Shown here piece by piece: positions 12,045-25,380 of a DNA stretch of 64,000 nt. The stretch lies in contig JALMLS010000360.1 of the NCBI GenBank assembly GCA_038496445.1, positions 1-64,000 on the forward strand. The letters run 5' to 3'. Source of the DNA: Trichosphaerium sp. ATCC 40318 (lineage: Eukaryota > Protista > Tubulinea). A program made the translations under genes and the position numbers. Position 1 is the stretch's first letter; each line of letters starts with the position of its first letter. The notes below the pieces were generated by a model. That model saw only the letters and a program-made list of their open reading frames with translations. It searched no databases and was not told the DNA's origin.

Positions 12045-12719
12045 ATTTGACTTGTGCTTACGAAAAGTGATACGGAACGCAAAATGCAGCTCGCTTGTAA
12101 ATATTACAGAGTTTTTTGCCGAACATAGCTTGTAAGGGCGAATACACTTTGAACAACTATTTATGGTTCCCAATAACGCTCAATACAACCTCAGTACTGT
12201 GTATGTGTACACCTTGAGCGTTGCAACCTCAAAACAAAACACAAAACAAACAAGGGTTTGAGCGAGAGCCTTAAAGAAGGATCACTCGGTGCTTTGTCTA
12301 GATACTACGCTACCGAAAAAACATCAGAAAAGAGGTTGCACAAGAAATTAAATTAAGGTTACCTATGTTGTATCGACGCCAGGTAGGGTATTGAGAGTAC
12401 GGCGATGGAGAAAAGACTAAAAACCACAACGGAGCTGCACGAGGTAACAGTAAACCCTTATCACCTACGAATGGGATACCTCTACAATAAAAGCCAAACA
12501 GAGTTCAAGCTAATACTCCTATGTTGTTGCAGCTTTAAGTCTTCCTCCACAAGAAAAAAAGTCATGACTTTTCTTTAACGGTAGTTTTTTTTTTGGTTGA
12601 CTTTCTTTCATCTGCCCTGAAATTCATGGATGTCCATATAATGGCAAACTACACTTAACTATAAACCACAAAATAAAAGTTGGAGGCACCAACCAAGATG
12701 AGCATGAAACGTTCAAATC

Positions 12720-12840
12720 GTTTGGTGAGGTTAACATACGTAAATGCTTAAAACGGAAATTACAAAGCTTGGCGATCTTCTTAGATGAGCACAAACCGCA
12801 TATCTTTTTCGTTACTCAACCTGGATTCGTGAACAACCGA
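12720..12840 (+). mobile_element. Possible relic of a non-LTR retrotransposon APE endonuclease N-terminus
   Basis: NIRKCLKRKLQSLAIFLDEHKPHIFFVTQ resembles the NxRG...K...PDIxxxQE start of L1-type endonucleases. The match is short and degenerate. Confidence 0.35.
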
Positions 12841-13079
12841 GAAAGGCAAAGTCAAACATTACAATAGAATGATACCACACTATGAATTCCATTTATTCGG
12901 CTATTCAGCATGCTGAACTAACAAGCACTCATCTGAAAATAAAAAAATTGTAAATGCATGTTGTTTATCATGCCATTACTTTTGTACTTCATCGAACTAC
13001 AAAAGGTTTTCTTTTCCAAGTGATACAGCATGGTCAAACGCCACTCAATCGCATCGTTTATATCGCAGCTTGATGGCAA

Positions 13080-14430
13080 GGGTATACAAAGAAACGCATC
13101 TACATGGAACCTTCGTAAAGGACCTCACAGCCTTTTTTTGTAGTGCTTCCTACAACTTAAAGTGATATTGCCGCTACCCTTAATTTCGCTTCTAAGCATG
13201 TTATTCGCATATCAGTAAAGAGTGCTGGTCACCACCAAGATATAAGGTGCGCTAGTACTCGTATCAATCTCTTTCTCCTAACAATGATTTAGGAACACTG
13301 TCGATGATGCCATTATGCTCAAATGAAGTTCTTTTCCCAAAGAACGTTAGACAAAGAAAACGTGCTTTTGACAGTTGGTCCACGAGTCAGAGTTGGGAGA
13401 TACATCACTGGCTACTCACTGAAAGTCAAACAATTGCTGCTGCAAGCGGAGGTGATCCATTTGGTCCGGCTGGTTGGGCAATGGGCGGTGGGCACGGTCG
13501 ACTTACTAGAATGATAGGCGTTGACTTATTCACAAAAGTTGATTTGGTACTCACAAACGGCACTTTTATCACAGTTCCATCCACTAGCACTATAAAATCT
13601 TTGGAGCTATACGAAGTTCTGCTGGACACCATTATGGAAGTAAAACAGCGCTAACATTCAATGTATTCCCAGATCCACGGCATGTTTCAGAGTTCTAAAG
13701 TGCTTTTGCTATCATTGATAAAATCGCAAATGACTTCCAACTTTGTCTTTCTCATGCTCCAAATTTCACTGATGTGTACTTCATTACTGGATATTCCTTT
13801 GATAGAGATTTTACGTATGCTCTTATCGCCGTGTATTGTATTGGTGTTCTATCTCATGCTCAGGCGCACTTACCGCGTACTGAAATTCAAGGATGTAAAG
13901 TTTATCCCAGTGCAATTATTCAAACTTACAACTCTTACGTGCGTACTTGGAAGGAAATAACAATACCAGTGACGTTGGAGGATCAAGTGTACTTGATATC
14001 TACTGCTCTAGACTTAAAAAACTAGGTCAACTTACCATAATGGATGAAAGACTTTGTGCCTAGCCAATGGCCAAATACTAAATTGGTTGTTCTGGAAACG
14101 GCATTCTTGGTGGTTTCAGCCAACATGGATCCGTACTGTACTTGCTCATGCAATGCGTAACGCATTGATGCCATTGACTTGCTATGTGAGTTGGGATGAT
14201 CGAATGGCGTTCCCACACCAGAATTGGTCTCACAAATTTGTGAATGGGCTGACGCTGTATTGAAGCCAACAGGCTTTGATCAATGGGTTTACTGGAATGA
14301 ACCTCAACATAACTTCGAATCAACACAATCGCGGCAAGAGAGCTACTATGGATCTATTGATATGTGCAATGAACTATTACAAGTGAAGAGTATGCATGAT
14401 CCGAATTATGTTCGTGTGTTTTCACTGTGT
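13080..14430 (+). pseudogene. Berberine-bridge-enzyme-like FAD-linked oxidoreductase pseudogene
   Basis: VVLPTT*SDIAATLNFASKHVIRISVKSAGHH (FAD-attachment region), GPAGWAMGGGHGRLTRMIGVD...VDLVLTNG, and the C-terminal BBE motif VYWNEP...YYGS...ELLQVKSMHDP. In-frame stops and frameshifts are present. Confidence 0.8.
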
Positions 14431-16296
14431 TGGTTGGGAAAAAGTGGCAAATGTAGATCCAGCCACTTGTCAGATGATTGCTCTTGTTCAAAACAATTAT
14501 CTACAGGCGCATGCGCTCACAAAGACATGTGACTATCTTAAAATAACACTTATGCAATGTCCGTCTAATTAAGTTCAGAAATAAAAACTACTTCATTATT
14601 TACGCAATGATCACAAGACAAAATTGACGAAGAGACAGCAACAACGCTTTAATCTCCTCAACGATATAAAACTAAATTCCAAATGGAAGAGATGTATTTA
14701 CGTACACAGAGATAAACAGTGTACCCTATTTCAGAACAAGCAAACCAAGCAATTAAATCTTATATAGCGTTCCCAAATAAACCTCACACTGACCTAGGTT
14801 TATACAGCCCTAACGACCGTAGCAAACAACCAGCATTGATTAACGAGACATGAATCTTTAAAGACAAGCAATTTAAAAAACAATTCCAAACTAGCAGATA
14901 CTAAAATACCTTACATTAAAACCAGAGGATACGAGAGGAGAGACTGTGCCCATATGTATTAACATGGAGAAACCACGGGTTTGCTACAACATAACTAGAT
15001 GTTAGCTCATATATGACATACAAAGAAAAGAGAATAACGAAAGGCTTGCAGTAAAGATTTACAAAACTACTTTTTTATCATGTATCTATATACCGTTCAT
15101 TTTATTCATCAATCCATTATTTGAAGAACTACAACACTCCAAATGTGGCTACGTAATAGGTTGTACATAATGTCTGTATTAGCGTATGCTAATGATGTCA
15201 AATTGTGCTGAAAACTACGATAAATAACATGATTAAACTATTTGACATTGTCAAAACGTTTGCCAAATTCTGTTAACAAATCTACCAAGTTGGAAGCAAT
15301 TTTAGAGTGCCAGCCAAAATTGTTGTCCATGTAATCAACCAACTACTCCTAGCCAAGCAACATTTGTCTTGTCATCAATTGCCATACCATGAAAAACAGT
15401 GGACAAATGGAAGGGTCAATTCTAAAACATACAGAAAATTGTAAGTCCATCGAAGACTAAAGGTCATAGACGGTATAGTCACAAAGTTGGAGCTAAACCA
15501 TATCTGTATTAAATATTTGCAAACTGGTCGAGTGGCAATACTATACAATGTCCTTAACTATGATACAAACTCACTCATGCTTGCGACCAAAGAAGATAGA
15601 CTGCGTAATGCAGAAATCTTCAATACCCAAGTAATACAAAGCGCGATATCAAACTAACCGCAGTAGTAGGTTGTGGATCACAAACAATGGCAATTTTTGA
15701 ATACCTGGGCAGACATAAATAGCTGCAACAAAACATTATTTAAACACCATATAGTGTCCAGATGAGAACAGAAGATAGATAGATACACCGTGCTTGAATT
15801 AAGATCTAATCGAATAAACTAAACAAGCAAACTCTAGGATATGTAACAAAATCAAGTTCATTAAATATTCTGCTGTGTCTCGAGTAATAACAATATTGGT
15901 TCTTCAATTGTATCTAGTGAGTCACAAAGTCGACGTAGTTTAATAGGATAAGTTTATTTATGTATTCACCATCTTATTTTCCACTAGAGAAATTAAAGAA
16001 GAGCATGGCTGAACTTCGAAATTTTTTGTTGCTCAGGCCTATAAGAATTTCGTACATGACTTACTGCATAAACTTAAGCGCGATTTTTTTCCACAATACA
16101 CTAAGATATCGGTTTGAGTCTTTTTACTTGCTGAAATGAACGCGACATTGTAGTTCGTTTTTGGCACAAAAAAACCAGAAAAGAAGTCATAATTTCTGGC
16201 TTACCAATCCAACTTCGACTCTGATTCTTTACACACAAATCCAATATGTATGTGCACATATAAACATACCAAAAATTTGTTTGTCGCTCAAGTTTT

Positions 16297-16587
16297 ACGA
16301 AACACGTGCGTTTATCTCGCGGTAGAAAATACAGAAAAAAATAGGAATTGTAACATTTATGGCAAACACGATCAAGTTCAGTTCTGATTTTTTCCACAAC
16401 AGATCTACATGTCAATACGCGTATTTTGTATTTTGAAACTGACAAGATTTGTAAACATTCCTCGTTTTTGGCTCAAAAAAGCCATAAAGAAGTCCTCATA
16501 TCTGGCTTGAAAAATCGATTTTTGATCTGATTCTTTACACACTAATGCGACATGTATATGTGCGTATAAAACCACAATAAAAATATT
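16297..16587 (+). repeat. Dispersed ~290-bp non-coding repeat, copy B, preceded by a diverged partial sub-repeat at ~16155-16280
   Basis: Near-identical to 7602-7893. The upstream segment TTTTTGGCACAAAAAAACCAGAAAAGAAGTC...CTGATTCTTTACACAC resembles the 3' half of the unit. Confidence 0.92.
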
Positions 16588-18594
16588 TTCTCCGCTTGGC
16601 TTTCATTGAAACGCCTTTAAAAAAAAAAAGTGGTAAGCCAACTTTCACTGATGCCTTACACCGACCCAACATGTTGGTACGTATGTAATGGGTTAAAAAA
16701 AGTGTCTTCCTTGACACTAACACAAGAAGCTAAGCAAGAAACGATCTGAGAATTGTCAATATACGAATGAAGTGTGCGACGTTAATAGACTCCTCTAAAC
16801 GATTGTTCTAGGTACTTTGTGGCAAAACTCTGTTATGTTCTGAGGTCATGTTGGCGCTGCTAATTTGTTTAATTAATAACACGACGTTGGTTTTTGCTAA
16901 CATGAATATATTGCTATATTTCTATCGAATGGCATTAAAAAAGTATAACCTACCAAAGAAGTTTCGCTTGCGCAAGCCCACGTACTTCGCGTGTGTGCTT
17001 TTATTGCTAGAATAAAGTCTATAGCTCATGTGGCGAAAAGGTATGAACAGTATAGTGGTCTCGTTATAATAATGACATTTCTGTTCTCGTTACAATTCTG
17101 GTGTTGTGTGCAAGGTATTTCGCTATTATTTGGTTAAATAGTTGAAAAACCTTTTCGAACGTTTGCAACTTCGGTAATAATGCTGCTTCCACCTAAATCG
17201 TAAGCCCAGCGCATTGAACACTACAAGCACACGTTCGTTGATGGAATCAATAATCACGTTAGTTGATCACGTGAAAGTTAACTTTATGTTTACAAATGAT
17301 AATTTTGTTTTGTTGCAATCACCTAGCAACATACTTTATGTTAAAAAATAATAAAGCCGTTACTACGTTCTATATGACCTTTCTACAGTATCAATAGCAC
17401 TGAGTTTAGAAGCATTTTTTCACAATGCACTACTTCTACATACTTTTTTTGTCTCCGTTGCTTACAACGCCTCATTCTAAGACAGACGTACATACAATGT
17501 CTGTCAGGCTTACATCGTAGTTTCAAAGTGAGTAAGACACCAAGGACACCGCCCACTAGGCGGAGTGTAATTGTGAGGTTTGCTATTTCAAGATATACAG
17601 AAGTCTTCTCATCCTCATTTGCTACTTTCCCTTCCAAGTCTTAGGATGACTCAAAGACTCGTCATCAACTGTACTATCACATATGATTAATATCAGTATG
17701 TTACTTTGATAACTGTTATAGTTTCTAAAGAGAAAGTAATGAGGATAGCTGAAGGAATATGAAATTTTGAATGCTAAAGCGACTGGAGTCAGTCATGACT
17801 TCTTTTACATTCTTAAATTTTGTGCATGATCAACACATAGAGCAAAGCTACCTCAGCCCGTTTTTAAATGAATGTTAGTTTATTGAATCCATTCCATACG
17901 ACTCAAACGGTCCTTATAAATGTGAGGTTAACTAGCACAACCAATGTATCAATATTCAGAACAACTTGAACAATAAATTATTATCATGATTTAGTCTGTA
18001 TGCTTCTAACTATCACTCATACTCATTATTTAACAGCAGAAAAGCAACAAAATGAACAGGAAAAGTAAGAAGATGACTAAGAAGATGACTAAGGCAGACA
18101 AAGCTAGTTTGCTAAAGACGATCAATGGAAAATGCACATGGTCAGTTTGGTTTGCAGAGTTTAGGGCTCCTCAATATAATAGCTTGTTATCACCAACTTA
18201 GATAACAACGTCACTATCAAAACATATCGGAAGAACAAAAGCGCCAGCACCCTCGAAACTTCCGCATTGGCAACGGTAGAACCCATGCGGGCGACATGCT
18301 GATTCCAAATATAATGGACAAAGGCAGAATTGCTTGACTTGCACTAACGCCCAGCGAGCTAAATATATTTTTTAAGGGATAATGAACCTCTCAATGAAAA
18401 TGGGGTTACTGCAGCTGTCAGAAGAGGTGGTTATAAGCCATACACAACCGAGGAAACAAAAACCAGAGCCAAAACCAAAGACAGCCATTTTATTTCCGCT
18501 GTACTTGCCGTTGTGACTACTCAGCAGAAGCTTATTCAAGAATACAGGGTAATGGAGCCAGAAGACAAGGAAACAAAGACTCAGACTACATCAC

Positions 18595-19230
18595 TTCTTT
18601 TTAGAGATACCTTGTCCAACAACAACCTTGTCGTATACTGCATTGGTGACTTTATCTTCAGTGACAGCTCTACCCTTATGATCAATGTAATGACTTCGGT
18701 AGCCTTGTTTTATAGGCCTTCCTATTAAATCCTCCGTTGGTTTTACGTGTGTAATCATTAATACATAATACACAATTCTTGTTTGTGTACAGGGTATATG
18801 TTGCCAGGAGTAATGCCTCAAAATAACCGGTTTTTTCTTTTTGTCCTCTAGTATCGTATGCATTTTCGAGATCTTCTGATGGTCACTTTGTCATTTGTAT
18901 CAAGGAGATTCAGTGTTCTGTTGTCCCTTTTTTGTAAAATAAATAAACTACAACCAATTGTTGCTTTGAACGCACGTAGATCTATTACTTGCTCAAACTA
19001 CATGAGAAAAACGTCTTGGCTCCTTTTTTTGTATGGTGAAAGTAACAACATTAATTTCCTTTCAACAGTGCTTTCAGGTAAAATTGCAATGGTGCCTGAA
19101 AAAGTGTTCTATCAACAGCATTGATATTGACAATGGCATTGATTACATTGATATAATCTCATTGTGTAGAGACGCCCATTATTGTCGCTAGTAATTATAT
19201 TACGCCAACTGAAAGCAAGGGATTCTGTGA
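18595..19230 (-). pseudogene. Internally deleted ANK-ART pseudogene (copy 3)
   Basis: The minus strand gives, in order: ankyrin remnants (HNEIISM*INAIVNINAVDR), the middle-domain piece DNRTLNLLDTNDKV, then ITPGNIYP-intron-VKPTEDLIGRPIKQGYRSHYIDHKGRAVTEDKVTNAVYDKVVVGQ. The order is colinear with copy 1. The HGT/YFT segment is deleted and the catalytic E is replaced by K. Confidence 0.85.
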
Positions 19231-19877
19231 TATGTTTCCTAAAGGCTACAGCAGTAATTACAGCTCTGACGACGAAGGAGCAACTGGAAAGGGCGTTGAC
19301 CATTTTTAAGAACTAAGAGAAAGCACATGGCTTTAAACCACGTGTTGATAGCGCTAAAAAGAAATATGCTTTATGCGCTAATAACGATTATGCATTCTTG
19401 ACTCGTGACGAAGAGAATTGCGGAGACAAGATTGCCGACTTTACTTTTGGCCATCGATCTATTTACAGCAATCATGAGCGTCAAACCAAGTCTTACGCTT
19501 AATATCGGTAAAGTAAACAGGCTCACAAATATGTTCATAGTTGTTGGTGGTAGAACAGAGCACGGAGAAGCCTTAAAAAAATATATCTTTTATTCCTCAC
19601 TTTTTTTTTTTTGAGGAATTTAAAGTTCACGCTACAGTAAAAGAACTCCATGTAGCTATCATAAGAAATACATGTAACATGTGATTTTTCAATAACGTCA
19701 TAGCAATAACCATCCGCAATTACAATGTCATGAATACTCAGACTTGTTAGTGTTGTTCGGTTTGCGTGAAAAAAAATCCCGAGCCTGCTAGTTTAGTCGA
19801 TAGATGTTGATTTAAAGTTGTTTATTAACAGTATTTACATAACATGCAAGTCAATTTAAAAGAAATGAGATGTGCGT

Positions 19878-20870
19878 TCATACTTTTGCCAGCATTGGTT
19901 TGAATTTCTTGAGTGCTGGGTCATCTTTACTGACCAAACCCTTCTTTGCTTTACGAACTTGTTCAACAACTTTATCAAACTTTTTCATTTCAGGTACTTC
20001 AAATACACCATCTCCATTGATCTTGTTATTTGGCATCTTCTTGTATCGTTGTGCTTGTTTTGTTTCTTTACCCCAACCACATGCCCAAAGTGCATCAGGC
20101 TCAACAAGCGGATGAATAGAACCTTTGGAATCCAAGTAGAATCCACTTTTAAACCCTTGAGATCCTGTTTTGTTGATCACTTTGTGAGCGCCCTTCAATA
20201 CCTCAAGTACAGCTGCAAGTGTTGCATTGGCTTTGGCATACCTGTCATAACGTAAAATGTTCTTTTGCTGATTGGATGATTACCTAGGCGAGAGGGTGAG
20301 TCATACATCACAAAAAGTAACAAAGCAAAGCAAATAGTAGCGTACCTAAACCAGATTTTATTTTTTCTTCAATCCAAGCAGTGCGAACTGCTTTTGAATC
20401 TTATCGTATGGTGTCCACCATGTCTTCATTGAGCAAGAATCACTGATGTGAGCACAATAATTTGTACCATTTGGATTTGGGCTGATGATACCGACACAAG
20501 GACCCAAGCCAGCACACCACACGGTTTTGCTATAATAAACTGTTAGACTATACAGTACTAAATATGAAAACATACGCAATAACCCCTCCGACACCTCCTC
20601 CAACAGTTGCAGGTTTTACTGTTGGCTTCTTAGTACTATGATGAAGAGTGTCAGTAATGATTGGATTTTGCTTGCAGATCAATCGACGTACACTTTCTCT
20701 CCATGAGCTTTCTTTTGAAGCATTTCTTGTTTACGTTTTTTAGCTTCTTCTCTCATTCTAAGTTGTTTCTCTGTTGGTTTTGGTTTTGCTGGTTTCTTCT
20801 TTTGAGTAACACGTTTCGTTGTCTTGCTTTTGTTAGTAGTCGTTGTAGTTGATCTTTGTTTGTTTGACAT
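19878..20870 (-). pseudogene. Frameshifted intron-containing gene: Lys-rich N-terminus + possible CheD/CNF1-YfiH-like Cys-His hydrolase motif
   Basis: ATG at 20870 (MSNKQRSTTTTTNK...). One exon reads KTVWCAGLGPCVGIISPNPNGTNYCAHISD. About three frame changes are needed to reach the terminal ORF 19878-20198. Confidence 0.45.
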
Positions 20871-21451
20871 TATGAGTGTTGTAAGATGTTGTGTTTTGAT
20901 GTTGGTTGTTGTTATTTTTGATATTCTCGGCACAATGAAATAAGTCGACGTGATTGAAAATTCAGTTTTTTCTTCTCTCACGATGAACTCTTATTTCACG
21001 GATAAATCGCCGTGGAACTTAATTTCACGTTGATAATTAATGCCATAATACAAAGTAACAAAAGAGCGAAGAATATCCGTTTTACACTGTTCTTCAACTG
21101 ATTTTTCTTTTTCTCGTTAGGATCCTCTCAAAAAGGGAAACCGATGTAAGTACAATACAATCATACTTACAACAACGAGCCAAAAGGGTTTTTAAGTGAA
21201 TTTACCGCGCGAGATTCATCGAGAAAAATACGGAAAAAAACGGTACATTCTTCATGCGAAATGCGTTATTACAATTAGTTGAGCGAAAAGTTGTAAAAAG
21301 GAGAAAGACGCAACCACGATTTGATCACGTGATCCAGAGGTAAGCCCAAAAAAAAAAAAGTACAAATCCAAAATTGTCGTTTTTTATATTTACATTACAT
21401 ACATCATCGTTTGGATGTAGCGTTGTTGGAAGAAAATAAAAAAAAATAAAG

Positions 21452-22521
21452 TTATTTCTTGCTGGTACCAAAACCAGTTGGTAATCCCATCATTGCAAGC
21501 TCTTCATCTTCTTTTTCTTGCTCTGGATCCTTCTTCTTGCTCTAAACAAAACAACGCGTCAGTAAAAAGACGCAAAAAGAAAGAAAAAATGGGAAAAAAA
21601 AAACCAAAAAAAATTGCCAACAACTCGACACAACTTGACGCTTATGCGTCAAAATTATTTTTTAACGCAATGAGTAATATCAGTGTCACCATACAGTTTA
21701 AAAAAAAGGAGAAACAAAGCACTAGAAAGGAAAAGAAATTTCAACACAAAAAAAATAAAAAAAACATTTTTTGTTTACCTCCTCTTCTGCTATTTTCTTC
21801 TCCAACTCCTTTCTACGTATAATCTCTTGACGTCTTTCCTTTCTAGCACGCTTTTTACGCTCCTCTTCTTCTTCAAGTTGTTGAATCCTATCATCAAAAC
21901 TGTACTTTGAAATCTCGTCCACCTTACGTTTATGCTGGCGTAGCCTGTTTTTAACGTCGCTCAAGGTAGATCGCTTCGTTTTGAGGGACATACCCATGCG
22001 TCTTTGATCTAAGAAACAGCGTCAACTATTGCAGCAGTAATAGAAGCGCGACAACGCTTTATTCAATCGAATTGATTTTGCAACTTCTTTTGTACGTACG
22101 TTTTCTTCCATTCAAATGGTCCAAGTAACTCATTGAATCTTTGATAACGCAATTACATGCTTCACAAAAAAAACCGCTCTAGATAATGTCAAAAAAAGCT
22201 TGTTATTTGTGTATTACATACTGCTTCATCTCCTGTGGCCGCACCGCTTGCAGAAACAACTCTTGTTCGTCCCAAATCTTTTACAAGGTCCACATCGCCT
22301 TCACGCGCCACCAGCGGCTTTAAATCAACGGCGCTAACTAGTACAAAACATTTAATTACTTGGAGTTTGTATAATTCCGTACTATCAACAGTAACAATGT
22401 TTTCATTCTCCTCCCTATCCCTCGCCTTCTTTCTGTACTCATCTAAATCCCACGTTCTACGCTTTGGCTCCTATCAATAATTTAAGACTGAATTAGCGCA
22501 TTCGCCACAATGTACCGTCAT
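21452..22521 (-). CDS. ZMAT2: Zinc finger matrin-type protein 2 / Snu23 (spliceosomal B complex)
   Basis: Spliced MT/EPKRRTWDLDEYRKKA..., GFFCEACNCVIKDSMSYLDHLNGRK, QRRMGMSLKTKRSTLSDVKNRL, and C-terminal MMGLPTGFGTSKK*. Confidence 0.92.
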
Positions 22522-23776
22522 GTTACGAGATTACTTTGGCTTTGACAAAGTTACAGAAACAAAAAAAAGCTGAGGTCAAGACTTGTCTAACAAACTTGAA
22601 CGAAGTCTTTGACAACGGCAAGTAGTTGTTGGTTTTATATCAGTACTGCTAACAAAGTCTGCTACGTAGTCACCAAAACTTGTAACTGAGCAATCTTCAC
22701 TTCACATTTATTGCTGCTGATCCAGTCGCAACTAATAATTCTTGTGCAAGAATAATTGAGCTTTGTAAAGGTGCAGTACACAAGTTGATCACGTGAACTT
22801 GGAGATAAAACGTTGTACATTCAGACGTCTGTTTTAGGGTTTCTGAGATTGCATTTAAAATTATATTTTCGGTTCTGTTTGCTCGTTTTGTAGTAAACTA
22901 AATGATATGGCCTACCAACGCTCTCAAAACACTCCGTTAAATTTTATTACAGTGTAAAATGGACACCAAGAATAGAAATTAAAAGCGCAAAGACAAAAAA
23001 GGTTTTGTTCAATGGAGAGAGCTTGGTTTGTGCATTCCCTTGCAATTCGGCGAAAGAACATTTAAAAATAAACAGTTGTTTCTTTCAGAAAATGTCTGTA
23101 TAGTCCTATGACGTATTGTTTGGAAGGAGTGTAACAGTGCACATGTTTTTGGATAACAATAAACAAAAATAAACGTTAGCGAACTGTTTATTTTGTCGTT
23201 AGTCCAACAATACTCCTATCGTACTTATAAATTGGTTGGAGAATGAGTTCGCCAGTTATTTGTTAAATGGAACACAGTAGTCCGCGTTTACTACTAAAAC
23301 ACTGGCAAACCCCTTCAACGAAGTGGTATAGGCGATTACACCATAAACTTAAAGTAGAATCCACTTTTAACGGAAGGGATTACAAGTTTGCTGCTAAACA
23401 GCCGTGTATGCAGTCAAAATACATTTTTAAACGTTTAGTTTTTCGGTGGCTCCGACTTTCGCCTTCAAATTTCAACTCTTTTTTTACCACAAAGTGAATA
23501 CAACTCAAGTGTTCACTCTCTGTTTATAAACACAACTGTAGTAACACAACAACAAACCTAAAGGTATGCAATAGTGCTGATCTCGTTTTGTCCGATTTCA
23601 TGGGAGCGTTTTCTCTTGCAAAATAAGCCGCAAAGTGGTAAAGCACTGTGCTTATTACTTTCGCCTCTGTCGGGAGTTTTTAGGAGCTTTCGACCAGATG
23701 TTTTTTTCTTCTGTCGCTTTTTGCTCTTTCGCCACTGTCGGAGCCTGTCATTAACCTACTGACCTAGACCGCAAGC

Positions 23777-25144
23777 ATGGGTGACGACGGCGACAAAGTT
23801 AAAAAGCTTACGAAGGAAATAGAGTCCCTCAAAAACCAGATAGAGAAAAACCGCACTGAAAAGAACGACACAGATCGTACGTTTTTTAAAATACCACAAA
23901 CGCATTTTTGTGCAGTCTTTGCCTTTTACCCGTTTTTTAATACGTTTGGACCCAATGTTGCCTCTTTAAACTAACCCGACATAGTAAAGCAATATGTTGC
24001 CAATGAGAGCATCAACTTGCCTAGTGGGGACAAACTAAAAGCGCGCCGTACATTGAAGGGCCATCTTGCAAAGATTTACTCTATGCAGTGGTCTACCGAT
24101 AATATTCATCTTGTTTCGGCTTCACAAGATGCCAAGCTTCTTGTTTGGGATGCGCTTACCACCAACAAACTCCACTGTATTCCTGTACACACCTCATGGA
24201 TTATGACTTGCGCATACGCTCCTTCTGGCAGTTTTGTTGCCTGCGGTGGTTTAGATAACCTCTGCTCTATCTATAACCTCAGATCACGCGATATTCCTAT
24301 TCGTGCCTGTCGTCAATTGTCCGCACACACTGGTTACCTCAGTTGCTGTCGATTCCTCGATGATAAACAAATCATTACAAGTTCTGGTGATGCTACTTGC
24401 ATCTTGTGGGATATTGAAGCCGGCTCTAAGATTAAGGAGTTCTCCGACCACTCTGGAGATGTTATGAGGTATGCGCGCTGCCATACACAATAATTTAACT
24501 CTGTTTTATTTTAAATCTTTTTTTGTGAACAAAACTGTTTTTATATGGGTATTTTACGGACTCACATAACCTTTAGCGTTTCTATTTCCCCTAATCAGAA
24601 ATATTTCATTTCTGGTTCTATTGACGCCACAGCCAAACTTTGGGATTTACGTTCCGGCAAATGCACCCAAACATTCAAGGGACACGAGAGTGATATCAAC
24701 ACTGTCCAGTACGTTTTTTTTTCGTAAATTGCAAAAACGTTTTGGTTTAATAAATACCTAACTTTCTTTTTTTAGATACTTCCCAACCGGCTATACCTTT
24801 GCCACTGGATCTGATGACTCCACCTGCCGATTGTTCGATATCCGTGCTGACCGCGAGCTCATGACTTACTCACACGACAGCATTCTTTGCGGTATCACAT
24901 CTATTGATTTCTCACTCTCCGGCCGTTACTTATTTGCTGGTTACGATGACTTTAACTGCAACATGTGGGACACCCTCACAGGTGAGAGAGTACACACTCT
25001 TGAAGGTCACGATAACCGCGTTTCGTGCCTCGGTGTTTCTCCTGACGGTATGGCTCTCTGCACAGGTTCTTGGGATCATCTTCTCGTACGTTACGACTAA
25101 ACATTTCAGTTACTAATTTTTTTCCGTAGCGAGTTTGGGCATAA
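23777..25144 (+). CDS. gpbA: Heterotrimeric G-protein beta subunit (WD40)
   Basis: [16 protein letters not shown]...[14 protein letters not shown]...[18 protein letters not shown]...[31 protein letters not shown]. Five exons. Very similar to Dictyostelium GpbA as I recall it. Confidence 0.97.
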
Positions 25145-25380
25145 ATAGATAGTTAGGCGCGAGAGACCTTGAACTGTAAAAAAAACTGCTCTTACAAAAC
25201 CATGTGTACCATAAGTTGAACCAATAAATCAGCATTACCGTTGAAAAGTCTTGTTTGTTTTTTCGCTAAGTAAGTGGTTGTTTGTGGAATTAAATTAAGT
25301 TGAGGGTAGAAGGAAAAAGGCAAAGCCAACACCTATGTTGTTTATATTTAATTAAAGGGACCAAGCTTTGATTTGTAACC

